Source: a virus
Reading direction: 5' to 3' (one strand)
Length of the DNA: 64,000 bases
IMG/VR virus record: IMGVR_UViG_3300032038_000077
Coordinates: 708 to 64,707 of that record
How positions within the stretch are numbered: position 1 is the stretch's first letter; each line of letters opens with the position of its first letter. The translations under genes were made by a program, and so were the position numbers. Of the stretch, positions 39,293-50,193 are shown in pieces. The notes below the pieces were generated by a model. It saw only the letters and a list, made by a program, of their open reading frames with translations. It was not told where the DNA came from and searched no databases.

Positions 39293-39777
39293 GCAAGGCA
39301 AATAAGACTACAGACTTGTTAAGTATAACTGTTCCTGCCGGTATGAAGAACACGTTGCAATTAATCTGTCGGCAAAAGGACATAACACTTAGCGCACTTA
39401 CTACCGTTCTGTATGAACAGTATCTTGCGTCGCAAGATACCAGTGTTGTTGACAAACAGATTGAGAACGATAGGGTTGAACGCATCGGCGTATTGGTTAA
39501 TCCGGAACTTGCCGACTATGTAGGGCGTATTGCCAAGAAGAAGGGCATGAGTATGAGCGCGGTTTATCGAGCCGTTCTTACTCATTGGCTTCATGGCGAA
39601 TCAAATGTTAAACCGAAAGATGGGCAGGGCGATGGCAACTTCAAACAGGTTACTGTGCGAATGAGTGCAGGCCTAATAAACGAATACAAGGCAGTCCGTA
39701 AGAAAACACCGTTCAACACATCCCTCTTGATGAATGACCTTCTTCGCGAGTGGATAGCGGAACAAGAAAACAATTGA
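39289..39777 (+). CDS. Multi-RHH protein, paralog of the preceding gene
   Basis: LSITVPAGMK... and the shared C-terminal FNTxxLMNDLLxEW. Confidence 0.65.
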   Translation: MSKANKTTDLLSITVPAGMKNTLQLICRQKDITLSALTTVLYEQYLASQDTSVVDKQIENDRVERIGVLVNPELADYVGRIAKKKGMSMSAVYRAVLTHWLHGESNVKPKDGQGDGNFKQVTVRMSAGLINEYKAVRKKTPFNTSLLMNDLLREWIAEQENN

Positions 39778-39789
39778 ATCACGGTAGAC

Positions 39790-39826
39790 GAATAGGCATT
39801 GCGATCAAAAGTAATGCCTATTCTTG
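39790..39826 (+). terminator. Terminator-like hairpin after the RHH genes
   Basis: GAATAGGCATT/AATGCCTATTC. Confidence 0.6.
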
Positions 39827-39845
39827 TGCATTGATTCAGAGGTAA

Positions 39846-40101
39846 TAGACAAATGCATAGTAGGCATGGTACAATGATAGTGTAGACAACTAGGGGTTTT
39901 ATTCTCCTTTGTCCCTTGTTGACTACATAGTTGCTTCCGATTTTTGCTTTCTTAGCAACGCCTCCTATTGTAACGTCCGTGGTGACACTTTACTTTTACT
40001 CTCTCACTTCTCATTTCATCACGGATGAAAGCAAGAGCAGGGTTACTGGATTATCTTTCATGTGAGTATACCATTCGTTCGTTTGGTAATCCTGCTTTTC
40101 T
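39846..40101 (+). ncRNA. Promoter plus four-hairpin sRNA (about 220 nt) with pyrimidine-rich loops
   Basis: TAGACA...TGGTACAAT promoter; stems GTAGACAAC/GTTGACTAC, GTTGCT/AGCAAC, TCCGTGGTGA/TCATCACGGA, AGCAGGGTTAC/GTAATCCTGCT + TTT. Confidence 0.6.
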
Positions 40102-40196
40102 ATATATGCACCCCTATAGCTATATATATACATAAGTTAAGCGTTCCTGATAACAGGGGCGCTTTTCTTATGCGCTTGTAACAGGTAAATAATAAC

Positions 40197-41042
40197 ATGT
40201 ATATTAAATCACCAATGAACTATGTCGGCGGTAAGTACAAGTTACTGGAACAGATCGAGCCGCTGTTCCCGAAGAAGATTAACCGGATGGCTGACCTCTT
40301 CTGCGGCGGCCTTGATGTGACACTTAATACCGATGCGAAAGAGCATTGGTGTAACGATGTGAATTACCACCTGATAGAGATTTACCGAGCACTCCGCAAT
40401 TGGGGTGCTGATGATGCACTCTTCCGGATTGACAGTACGATCAAGACATTCGGGTTAGAGCGCGGCAACAAGGAAACCTATTACCGGTTCCGCGATCATT
40501 ACAACAAGACAAAGAGACCGATTGATCTGTTCATCCTTCTTTGTTTCTGTTTCAACAGTCAGTTGCGGTTCAACGAGAAACATGAGTTTAACTCTTCGTT
40601 CAGCGCAACGAACTCACTTACCGATGCAAGGCGGGACAACCTTGTGAAGATAATTCCTCTTCTTAGCGGGATTCATTTCACGAGCATGGAGTTTCAACGG
40701 TTTGATTTCGGGATGCTTAAACCGGGCGACTTTGTTTATGCAGACCCGCCATACCTGATTGCGAACCCGACATACAATGACGGGAAACGTGGATTCACCG
40801 GATGGGATGAGCATTTGGAATCTCTTCTTTACGAGACACTTGATGGGCTGACAAAGCGTGGTATTGCGTTCGCAGTATCCAATGTGTTAGAGCACAAGGA
40901 CAATCGGAACGAGATTCTGGACAAGTGGGTAAGGGACAATGGTTACACCTTGCACCATCTTCATATTGACTACGGTCATGCAAGTTACAACATCAAGAAA
41001 CCGAAGTGTTTCACCGATGAAGTACTGGTAACCAATTACTAA
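40197..41042 (+). CDS. D12-class (T4 Dam-like) N6-adenine DNA methyltransferase
   Basis: NYVGGKYKLL, DLFCGG, YADPPY, SNVLEH, EVLVTNY. Confidence 0.92.
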   Translation: MYIKSPMNYVGGKYKLLEQIEPLFPKKINRMADLFCGGLDVTLNTDAKEHWCNDVNYHLIEIYRALRNWGADDALFRIDSTIKTFGLERGNKETYYRFRDHYNKTKRPIDLFILLCFCFNSQLRFNEKHEFNSSFSATNSLTDARRDNLVKIIPLLSGIHFTSMEFQRFDFGMLKPGDFVYADPPYLIANPTYNDGKRGFTGWDEHLESLLYETLDGLTKRGIAFAVSNVLEHKDNRNEILDKWVRDNGYTLHHLHIDYGHASYNIKKPKCFTDEVLVTNY

Positions 41043-41078
41043 ATATATAAAGCAATTACATACAAGGGAGGTGATGTG

Positions 41079-41765
41079 ATGGCAGGAAAGAAGCGGTCAA
41101 GAGTTTACAGTCGCAATGGCAGGCTCTATACCTTACCGGATTGCACAAGCAGTGCAGACCTTCCGTTTGCAGTAGGCAAGGGCGGCAAAACGATGTCGCT
41201 TATCGACTCTTACGGATTAGGCGGTTTTGTAGCGCAGGAAAGAATGAGAGGCCATACGTATCGTGAGATCACGAAGAAGATCAACGATAACGAGATGATT
41301 CCGAATGGCTACAAGATCAGTCACACGGCAATTGCCAATTGGTGTGTGAACAATGGTTATGGCGGTACGATTCACGACGACAACGACTTACAGGCAATCA
41401 ATGTCTATCAGCGTGAACGTAAGATGCTTGATGTAATCAACACCGCAATGGATACCGTTTCGACCCAGATGGACGAAATGAACAAAGCGGTGCAGAACGG
41501 TACAGCCAATGTCAAGGACTTGAAACTTCTTGTTGATATGCTAGAGAAACTATCCATTCGTCAGCAGGCATTGTCGTCCGATATCGGGCGTATGCAGGAA
41601 AAGGTATATAACTTTGAGCAGGTTAGCAAAGTATTTACCGTTCTTCGCGATGTCCTGCAAAGGGAACTGGATATCAAAGTTTACGCAACGGTACTTCAAG
41701 CCATCACCTCTGACCCGCAGTTACGGGAAGCGATTCAGCCTATCGCCCCGTCCGGCATGGTGTAA
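41079..41765 (+). CDS. Putative terminase small subunit
   Basis: HTH (GHTYREIT...ISHTAIANW) plus helical domain, directly upstream of TerL. Confidence 0.6.
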   Translation: MAGKKRSRVYSRNGRLYTLPDCTSSADLPFAVGKGGKTMSLIDSYGLGGFVAQERMRGHTYREITKKINDNEMIPNGYKISHTAIANWCVNNGYGGTIHDDNDLQAINVYQRERKMLDVINTAMDTVSTQMDEMNKAVQNGTANVKDLKLLVDMLEKLSIRQQALSSDIGRMQEKVYNFEQVSKVFTVLRDVLQRELDIKVYATVLQAITSDPQLREAIQPIAPSGMV

Positions 41766-41777
41766 GAGGTGTTCGCT

Positions 41778-43463
41778 ATGGCAGAAAACGTTATGCGAGA
41801 ACTGTTCGGCGATTCTCTCTTTCAGAGTCCGGACAAGGACAAGGATGGGAAGCCAATCGCACGGACAAAGAAAGAGGTCTGTGCTACAGACTTTAAGGCC
41901 TTTTGCGAGTATTATCTCAAAGATTACTTTCCTAGGCCGTGGTCAAAGTTTCACCTTTGGTTGATTGACCGGGTGCAAAATATTATCCTAAGGCACGGGG
42001 ATGACGAGACGAGGGATGTTGTTGCCGCACCGCGCGGACATGCAAAGTCAACCGTCATTTCCTTCGCTCTGGTAATCTGGTGTACCTGTTACCATTATCG
42101 TTCATTCATCGTTATCCTGTCTGCAACGACGCCGATTGCAAAACAGTTTATCATCGACATTCGGCAGGCTCTTACCGACAATTCAAAGATCAAGAGAGAC
42201 TTCGGTGAAATGCCTGACCCGCAGATGTGGAATACGAGTGAGTTGCTTACACAGAACAAAGTGTATATCACGTCGCGTGGAGCTGGTTCACAGTTACGCG
42301 GCATGAAGTTTAACGGCACGCGCCCGGACTTGATTGTGATCGACGACTTGGAATCCGTAGAGGATGTCAGTTCACCGACACAGATCAAGCAGATGGCAGA
42401 TTGGTTTAATGCCGATGTCATGCCGATGGGTGCGCCAAACTGTTCGTTCTTTATGATCGGCACGGTTCTCTCTTATGAGTCCCTTCTTTACCATATGCTC
42501 AATGATGCAAAGTACAGTTCATGGAGCCGTAAGACATTCAAGGCGGTTATCAAGTTCAGCGATAATCCGCTATGGCATACATGGGAAGAGATAATGACCG
42601 ACCTCAAACGAGGCGATCATGCTTATGCCGATGCAACGAAGTTCTACAAGCAACACAAGGAAGAGATGTTAAAAGGCACGGAAGTTCTTTGGCCAGATCA
42701 GAGAGCCGATATGTACAAGCACCTCATGGAACGCAGACTTGAATCCGAGGAAGGTTTCAACAGCGAGTTCCAGAATGACCCGCAGACAGAAAGCACACGC
42801 CTTTTCAAAGAGGAGTGGCTAAAGAACGACCTCTATGTTGACCCGCCGAAAATCACGGCAGTTAACATTGCAATAGACCCTGCACTTGCATCCAAGAGAA
42901 ATAACGACTATTCGGCGATCATTGCCATTGGCCGTGGCGTCGATAATTATTTCTACGTACTGGAAGCAAGCATCGAGCGCAGACCGGCAGAGAAGCTGAT
43001 TGATGATGTCAAGGATATCGTGGCTAAGTATTATGCTTACAAGCCGAAGATGGTATGCGAGACAAACCAGTTTCAGCAGTTCTTCTCTTCTACGTTGCAA
43101 CGCGATTTCGTAAGTCAGGGAATCTACCTAGAGTGGGTAGAGGTATATCACAATGTGAATATTAACAAGGCAATGCGCATTGAGTCCCTTATCCCGCACA
43201 TCAAGCAGGGATATATCAAGTTCAAGGACAGTCAGCGCGTTTTGCTTAGTCAGTTAAAGAATTATCCTAAGGCGCACGATGACGGCCCCGATTGTCTGGA
43301 GATGGCATTAAAGCCAATGTTACAGACTTCTAATTCGCAGTTCAGTTTCGGCGCGGCAGGTGGTTCTTCATCCAACACAAACTTTATGAGGAAAGGGGGT
43401 ATGACCGATGACGGTATGGAGTGGTTTAAAAAGAAGATTATGGCGAAAGTTTTCGGCGGCTAA
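41778..43463 (+). CDS. terL: Terminase large subunit
   Basis: APRGHAKST Walker A, RPDLIVIDDLE Walker B, IDPA...HDDGPD nuclease motifs. Confidence 0.93.
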   Translation: MAENVMRELFGDSLFQSPDKDKDGKPIARTKKEVCATDFKAFCEYYLKDYFPRPWSKFHLWLIDRVQNIILRHGDDETRDVVAAPRGHAKSTVISFALVIWCTCYHYRSFIVILSATTPIAKQFIIDIRQALTDNSKIKRDFGEMPDPQMWNTSELLTQNKVYITSRGAGSQLRGMKFNGTRPDLIVIDDLESVEDVSSPTQIKQMADWFNADVMPMGAPNCSFFMIGTVLSYESLLYHMLNDAKYSSWSRKTFKAVIKFSDNPLWHTWEEIMTDLKRGDHAYADATKFYKQHKEEMLKGTEVLWPDQRADMYKHLMERRLESEEGFNSEFQNDPQTESTRLFKEEWLKNDLYVDPPKITAVNIAIDPALASKRNNDYSAIIAIGRGVDNYFYVLEASIERRPAEKLIDDVKDIVAKYYAYKPKMVCETNQFQQFFSSTLQRDFVSQGIYLEWVEVYHNVNINKAMRIESLIPHIKQGYIKFKDSQRVLLSQLKNYPKAHDDGPDCLEMALKPMLQTSNSQFSFGAAGGSSSNTNFMRKGGMTDDGMEWFKKKIMAKVFGG

Positions 43464-44757
43464 GTCCACGGCAATGAAGTTATTGCCGAACCAAAACTAT
43501 GAATCGTGGATTCCGAAGAACGATAAGGCAAAGCGAGTCCTTCCGAAGAACCCAACGGTACGTCAGCTTAGAAACTTTTCCCATGACCCGATTGTGCGAA
43601 AAGCGATCACTCTGATTGCCGACACGATCTCAACCCTTCCTTACACGATTGATGTCATTGACGGTAAACGAAACAAACGAACGCGAGCGATCAAGGCGAT
43701 CAAGAACATCGTCGATCACCCGAACCTTGTTCATAACCGCAATGCGTTTACGAAGATGCTTCTTGATGATGCCGTCGTTCTTGATGCGATGTGCGCCGAA
43801 GTTGCTAAGTCGGTAAACGATAAGGAACATCCGATCTATTTGTACCCGGTTGACGGTTCTACGATTCAGATGGTTGTACCGCGTAATTACACCGATACCA
43901 ACGCACCGGCCTATATGCAGTATCAGCAGGACGGCGAGCACTTCTTTACGGCAGAACAGGTAGCTTACCTGCAACGCCAATACTTTACTTACAGTCCTTA
44001 CGGCTTTAGTCCTCTTATGTCCTGTTACCACTACATCAGGTATTACCTTGATACGTGCGATCAGACGAACCGGACGACAACCAATGCCACGGCTGACTTT
44101 GCTATCGGTCTTGGCGAAGGTGTATCAACCGAAGAGAAGGACATGTTCATCGAATACTTCAACAACGAGATTGAAGGTACGGGCAAGATTCCGATTCTTA
44201 GCGGCAGTGATTTTACTACGCATCAGATTCGCGGAGCTATTATGAGTGACCCGTATATCCGATGGATTGAAAAGCTGACAGAGATCATCGCGGTTGCGAT
44301 GGGACTGCCGCCCGAAAAGTTGGGCGTGCAAATGGCGAATGACCGTTCAACCGGTGAAGATCAGGAGAACACAACATTGCAGGAAGCGATCAAGCCATAT
44401 GCGGCAATGATTGAAGACCTGTATAACGACTTCGTCATTAAGCAGTTAGGCTTTGAGGGTATTCTGAAATTCCGGTTTATCTATGAGGATTCGGAACAAC
44501 AGAAGACGATCAAGTCCAAACGCGTCGTTGATGAATACTATAAGGGTTGTATCACAGAGAATGAGTTCCGTTCTTTGATGGGATACGAAGCAAGCGTAAG
44601 TAAATACGCAGACATGACGTATCCGGAAAAGACGGCACAGATTAACGTAGACCTTGGCATTGCCGGTGGCTTTAACGGTCTAGGCGATGTTAAAGATACA
44701 TCAGGAGACACACCATCGCCAACAGGAGATTCTTCTCATTATGACGATGACACATAA
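43408..44757 (+). CDS. Portal protein
   Basis: LYPVDGSTI, YGFSPL, IAVAMGLPPEKLG; follows TerL (the start may be 43473). Confidence 0.88.
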   Translation: MTVWSGLKRRLWRKFSAAKSTAMKLLPNQNYESWIPKNDKAKRVLPKNPTVRQLRNFSHDPIVRKAITLIADTISTLPYTIDVIDGKRNKRTRAIKAIKNIVDHPNLVHNRNAFTKMLLDDAVVLDAMCAEVAKSVNDKEHPIYLYPVDGSTIQMVVPRNYTDTNAPAYMQYQQDGEHFFTAEQVAYLQRQYFTYSPYGFSPLMSCYHYIRYYLDTCDQTNRTTTNATADFAIGLGEGVSTEEKDMFIEYFNNEIEGTGKIPILSGSDFTTHQIRGAIMSDPYIRWIEKLTEIIAVAMGLPPEKLGVQMANDRSTGEDQENTTLQEAIKPYAAMIEDLYNDFVIKQLGFEGILKFRFIYEDSEQQKTIKSKRVVDEYYKGCITENEFRSLMGYEASVSKYADMTYPEKTAQINVDLGIAGGFNGLGDVKDTSGDTPSPTGDSSHYDDDT

Positions 44758-44858
44758 TCCCTGCTTCTCGTTGGTGCGATGAGAAGAGTTTTGTTGTATG
44801 TTTACCCCTTTTCCTTTTGATGCAAATAAATGTACCAGTGAAAGGTAGTGAGGATTAT

Positions 44859-45914
44859 ATGTCAGAAGTTGTTAAGCAAAAGATTAACTGTTCGATGGAC
44901 AACATCACTGTATCGACAGAACCGAACAAGATGGTTATCACTGGATGTATGACATTCATTGGTTCCCCGTCTGACGGCGTACCGTGCGGTGGTGAAGTGC
45001 CTATTGCATTTACAGAGGAAGCAATGGCTAACTGCTCGCAGACGTGGGTAGATATGCCATTGGATGCAGTTCTTCCGGATGACTTTTGGGACTTACCTTT
45101 ATCGAACCACGGCTATACCAACATTGGTGTTTGTCGAAAGGTATGGTTGCAGGAAGATAAGTGTATGGGTGAGTTCGTTGTCTGGAAAGAAAAATTCCCC
45201 GAAGTCGCTGATATGATTCTTCTCGGCATGGATGCTCTTGGTTTTTCCATTGAGGTATATCCAACGAGAACGCATATGAGCGAGGACAAAACAATCGAAT
45301 ACATTGACGAGTTCGATGGTTCCGGTTGCGCTGTCTTATGGAAGATGTCTGCGGCATTTGAAAACACCTTCATTGAGAAGATTGCCGCAAAGAACAGGAG
45401 GAAGAGTATGGATAAAGACAAACAGAGTCAGGAACAGAAACCTGTCGATGCGGCAAAGACTGACGAGCAGAAAGTAGATGCGGCCGCAGGAAAAACGGAA
45501 GAGCCGAAACAGGAACAGGCGAAAGATCAGCCGGTTCTTGCGGACAAACAGATTGACGCAATGTGCGCCGCGCTTGATGATTTCAGCGCAAAGATCGACG
45601 CCGCAACCGCACAGTTCAACGAACTTGCCGAAGCACTCAAAGAGCTTGCCGACAAGAAAGCTGATGACGGTGTAAAAGCATCTGCTGATGATGAGCCGAA
45701 AGACGAAGAGGAACAGGAAGAGGAAGAGCCGACGAAAGTTGACGCCTCTAAGAAAGATGTTCCTGCACCGTCCGCAGTTCAGCACGCAGTTCCGAACCCT
45801 GCCCTTGATAACGAAGTCAATAAGCAGAGTGAGCTTGATAAGATCAACGCATCTGCTATGAGCATGATGGACAAGCTCGTAGCCATTTCTAAACTCCGTC
45901 ACACGAAAGGATGA
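44859..45914 (+). CDS. Prohead protease / scaffold
   Basis: H...G...LGFSIE protease-like N-terminal half and acidic scaffold tail; between portal and capsid. Confidence 0.7.
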   Translation: MSEVVKQKINCSMDNITVSTEPNKMVITGCMTFIGSPSDGVPCGGEVPIAFTEEAMANCSQTWVDMPLDAVLPDDFWDLPLSNHGYTNIGVCRKVWLQEDKCMGEFVVWKEKFPEVADMILLGMDALGFSIEVYPTRTHMSEDKTIEYIDEFDGSGCAVLWKMSAAFENTFIEKIAAKNRRKSMDKDKQSQEQKPVDAAKTDEQKVDAAAGKTEEPKQEQAKDQPVLADKQIDAMCAALDDFSAKIDAATAQFNELAEALKELADKKADDGVKASADDEPKDEEEQEEEEPTKVDASKKDVPAPSAVQHAVPNPALDNEVNKQSELDKINASAMSMMDKLVAISKLRHTKG

Positions 45915-45919
45915 TTTGA

Positions 45920-46981
45920 ATGTACATGACTGATGTTAACGGTAGAACGAAATATAGTTTCGCCGCAGGCGGTATTCATGCCGCAGAAAGCCCGATTACC
46001 GTTTACAACGAAAACCATATGCTCGTTGTATCGGACTACGATCAGGTACTCAAAGATTATATCAAACGTGATTTCACGATTGGCCTCAAAGTAAACTCGG
46101 TACGTGCTTCCGGTTGGCCGCACACTTGGAACGAGCAGACGAAGATTCCGTCCAACACCAAAGCGGTTGACCCGCAGATTGGTTTTGGCACGAAGGATGA
46201 ACCGTCTTATCGCCCGCCGACGCTTGATGCCGACTATGGCCGTGATAACTGGAAACATGCGTTCTGCCGTATGTATGCAACGGGTATCCGCTACAGCTAC
46301 TTCCAGAGACAGATGGAAAACAACTACGGTTCGTTTGAAGACCTCACGGCAAAAGACTACAACGATATGTTTGTAGACTTCACGAAAGTTACGTGCAATG
46401 ACTTCTGGAATGGCACGACGGCTCTTGATGCTACGGATGCTTTCACGTATTGCGGTGTTCTTTCGCAGATCACGGACAAGACGGCTATTGCCGATGGCAA
46501 ACGTATCAGCGACGCTATCCGCACGAAGATTGCAAGTCTCGCCGCATCGCTTGACTTCTCTAACTTCCCGGATGTCCTCGCAATGAACCCTGCAACGTAT
46601 GACCTTCTCTGCACGGAAGAGGCAGACCGTTCGCTCTATCAGCGTGAGATTCAGGCAGAGATTGTTCCGGGTGTTAATGTTCCGGGTATCCTTACCCCGG
46701 CAGGCACGCTCCCGATTGTTCTCACGCCGTTCATCAAACCGGATACGACGACGACGGCAGGTTCTACGGTACATTCTATCGTAGCTCTCAACACGTCCAT
46801 GATTGATCGTATCTGGATGTTCAACGATGGCCCGCAGGTATTCGAGATTGCAAATCCGGACACGCCGCTTGCAAACAAAGAACTCCTCACGGATAAATTC
46901 GTGCTTGATATGAGCAACTACATTGTTCATGGTGCAAACACGGGCGCACACTTCATCCTCACGAAAACGGTTAAAAACTAA
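45920..46981 (+). CDS. Major capsid protein
   Basis: 353 aa; position after scaffold; biased high-expression codons. Confidence 0.8.
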   Translation: MYMTDVNGRTKYSFAAGGIHAAESPITVYNENHMLVVSDYDQVLKDYIKRDFTIGLKVNSVRASGWPHTWNEQTKIPSNTKAVDPQIGFGTKDEPSYRPPTLDADYGRDNWKHAFCRMYATGIRYSYFQRQMENNYGSFEDLTAKDYNDMFVDFTKVTCNDFWNGTTALDATDAFTYCGVLSQITDKTAIADGKRISDAIRTKIASLAASLDFSNFPDVLAMNPATYDLLCTEEADRSLYQREIQAEIVPGVNVPGILTPAGTLPIVLTPFIKPDTTTTAGSTVHSIVALNTSMIDRIWMFNDGPQVFEIANPDTPLANKELLTDKFVLDMSNYIVHGANTGAHFILTKTVKN

Positions 46982-47024
46982 TCGTTGATAGTGAATGAAG
47001 AATCTGGACAATGGAGGTGATTAT

Positions 47025-49366
47025 ATGCCACGAGTTAGAAGCGCAACAAGCAAAGTAACTGCCGTAAAAACGGTTTCCGCTAAACCGATTAGTGAAGCCG
47101 TAACGTTAGAACTTGCCGATGCATATAAGGGGTACACTTCCCTTATGATTGGCGGTTCGATTGTTCCGGTTCGCGATGGTAAGGTAACGGTTCACAAAGA
47201 TGCGGTAGATACTTTGAAGAAGGGTGGTTATGTGAAATGACCGCCTATTTAACAGAAGAAGAGATTCCCTTGTATTGCGGATTGTATCAGGACATTTCGA
47301 TGGATTACATCGAGGCCGCAAGCACACTGATTGATGCGTACAAGGGACGCACTCTTTTCCCTGTCGAGCATGAGGAATTAGTTCGTTTAGTAGACTTTAA
47401 ACGATACATGCCGGAGTTCCGTGGTAAGTTAAACCACTTTCCGCGAGTAGAGATTAGTTCCGTCGTAGCGAAATTTGTTTCGCCGTTTGGACGTGATTCG
47501 ATCAGTTTGGATTCAGATTGCCTAGAGTTTGACAGTCCGGATTCGCTATACTTCACGTTCATCATGCCACGGAAACTAATGTTCCGCTTGCCGCCAAAGC
47601 AACTCCGGGTGAAATATTCCAGTGGCTATAAAGAACCGCCTGAACAGATCAAGCGTGCTTGCGGTATCCTTGCCGGTAACATTAAGCAGATGGGCGGCGT
47701 CATGCGATGGAAACAACGCGATGACTACGACATCAAAGTTACCTTAGCGGATGAGGGAGTATTCTCTAGCGAGGTGAAACAAATCCTGAATGGAGTGCTG
47801 ATAAAATGAGCGTGTTAGACTGGTACGTTGACCGAATGGAACCAATTAAATACGAGAACGTGAGCGATCATGTACTCAATGAAGTACAGGCATTAGTCCA
47901 ACGTCGTGGTAAAACTATCACTGCTTCGACGGTAAACGATGCTAAGTTGTTCATGCTTCCTGCCGACACACCGTTATACAACGGCGCACTCATCACGAGA
48001 CTAAAAGATAACAAGCGTTATCTGGTCATCGCTCGGCAGTATTCACCTGACATGGTTCACATTCAAGGGCGTCGCGTTAACGGCGTCATTACGGTCAGCG
48101 CGGTAAAAGACAAGTACGAGAACCACAAAAAGGTTGGCGTGGAAGTCACAGAGGTTGCCACGGGAGTACCTGTCTATTGGCGCGATGTATCGGCGTATAT
48201 GCTTCAACACGACGCAGGTTTACTTCCATCTTGCAGGCGAAAGATTTTAATTCGCAAAGATGTCCCTATTGAAATGTATCAGCGTGTTACCTTCACCTCA
48301 GCCGATTCTGTGTATGGCGAAACAACAGATGTGCGCGATGTGTACACTGTAGAAGATATTGACGGTGCTCAATACGAAGGACTGTTCTCTATCCAGTTAG
48401 GTGATGATACAAGAAAATGACTGAACTAAAATCCACTATGCAGACTTATGCAAAGTCCATGCAGTCTGATATAGAAAGCGCATGGGCAAGAGGTAAGTCT
48501 AGCTACGGCGAGGCAATATTAAATGTCACCACTACGGAAGATACTGCGAGGCATACCGTAACCACCACCTATAAAGCCAATGGGCAACGGGCGTGGATTA
48601 TGGAGTATGGGCGCGGCAAAGACCTTGATAAAGACAGTCCTTATTGGAAAAGATACCAACAGTATGGTTTCTTCAATGAGGCACGTAGATCAAGCAATGA
48701 CCCGTCAGTTATCCGTGGCCGTAAAGAGGACGAGCGTTATACCGACCTTGATGGCAACGATACGGATGCTAACGGCAAGCCGTTTATTGGTAGTGGCTCG
48801 ACGGATAAAGCGTTTCATAATTTTGATTTAGAAGCAGAACATGTAATCCGCAACGTAGTTATACGAAAGAACGCACGCGGTATAGCGATGCGCGAAGCGA
48901 TAGCTAAAAGCGTTGCGGATGATTTGTCTGCGGTACTTTCAAAGGCGGTGAAAGGGAAATGAATACGTTTGAATACCTTGATGCGTTATGGGACGTATTC
49001 ACGAACGATGCAACGCTATGCGATGCTCTTCACCTTGATACGTCCGATGAGAGTAATTACATGCAGAAATACCGCCAACAGGATATGCAGGCCGATGAGT
49101 TTAAAAAGGACGATATGCCGATGGTGGTTTTTTATTTCGCAGATGCTATGGATACGTTCAATGACTTTGTGAACAACGGATTCTTACGCATTGATATTTA
49201 CGCAATGAATATGTATGACGTTGCACCAATCCGCAAACGAATTGTTCAACTTATGTTTAACACGTTCAACGAATGTGTACGGGCAGAAGGGCAGTATCAA
49301 AGCGGTATCCGCGATGTATATAAATACAGGTTAGAGTACACTCCACTTGTAATCACGAAAGGATGA
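47025..49366 (+). CDS. Head-tail joining / neck genes (47025-47240, 47237-47809, 47806-48420, 48417-48962, 48959-49366)
   Basis: Coupled ORFs between capsid and tail tube; YSSGY...PEQIKRAC connector motif; MEYGRG (HK97 gp10-like) motif. Confidence 0.75.
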
Positions 49367-49373
49367 TAAAACG

Positions 49374-50132
49374 ATGGCAGGACTTAGCACGATTCTGAAC
49401 ACGCCGGTGCTTATTCATGGTATCGGTTCCGGTGTTCTCCAGTCTGTTTCTGGTAAAGTGCTCGAACTCAAAACGGCACAGTCCATGAAACTGGATGTCA
49501 AAGCCACGACCGAAGATCAGTACGGTGGCGATTCCCTGTTCCCGCTCTATACGTTCATCACGAAAAAAGAAGGTACGATTGAAATCCAGAACGCTGACTT
49601 TAAACTTAGCCAGCTTGCAATTGCGCAGGATTCCGATTATGCCACGGACGGGAACAAACAGTTGATGAACTTCCTCATCACGAAAGATTCTAAGAAGCTC
49701 GGTGACGACGCTGATACTTTCACGGGTGTTGAGGTTGTTTCGATCATTACGCCGTCCGGTCAGAAAGCTGATGCAAACGTATTCTCGATTTCTGATGCCG
49801 GTGCAATCACGGTTGGTGAGGGTGCAACGGTAGAAGACGGTGAGTATTCGGTATGGGTTAAGGTTGACAATAAAGAAGCAGTATCGGCGGCAATGCTGAA
49901 AAACGCAATGCCGGAAGTTTGCTCTTTCAATTGGCAGTTCCGTACCGAAGATGCCGACGGCAACAAGTATCAGGTTGACATTGAAGCACGTCGCGTTCGT
50001 GCTGACGGTGAATTTGCACTTGATACGGAACGCGACAAAGCATCCACGCCGACGCTCAAAGTCAATATTCTTGACCCGGGCAACGGCCACGATGACTTTG
50101 CAAAGATTACGGTTAGCAAAATCAAGAAATGA
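49374..50132 (+). CDS. Major tail (tube) protein
   Basis: Position, size and codon bias; followed by terminator 50146-50180. Confidence 0.8.
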   Translation: MAGLSTILNTPVLIHGIGSGVLQSVSGKVLELKTAQSMKLDVKATTEDQYGGDSLFPLYTFITKKEGTIEIQNADFKLSQLAIAQDSDYATDGNKQLMNFLITKDSKKLGDDADTFTGVEVVSIITPSGQKADANVFSISDAGAITVGEGATVEDGEYSVWVKVDNKEAVSAAMLKNAMPEVCSFNWQFRTEDADGNKYQVDIEARRVRADGEFALDTERDKASTPTLKVNILDPGNGHDDFAKITVSKIKK

Positions 50133-50193
50133 TTTAGTCTTGATGGGCAGGGTTCGGACATTCCGTTCCCTGCTTTTTTATTAGGAGGATACT

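Noticed and set aside
45899-47011. 370-aa minus-strand ORF (and similar ones at 49353-50090, 485-1048, 54073-54681)
   Set aside because: Antisense shadows of codon-biased structural genes
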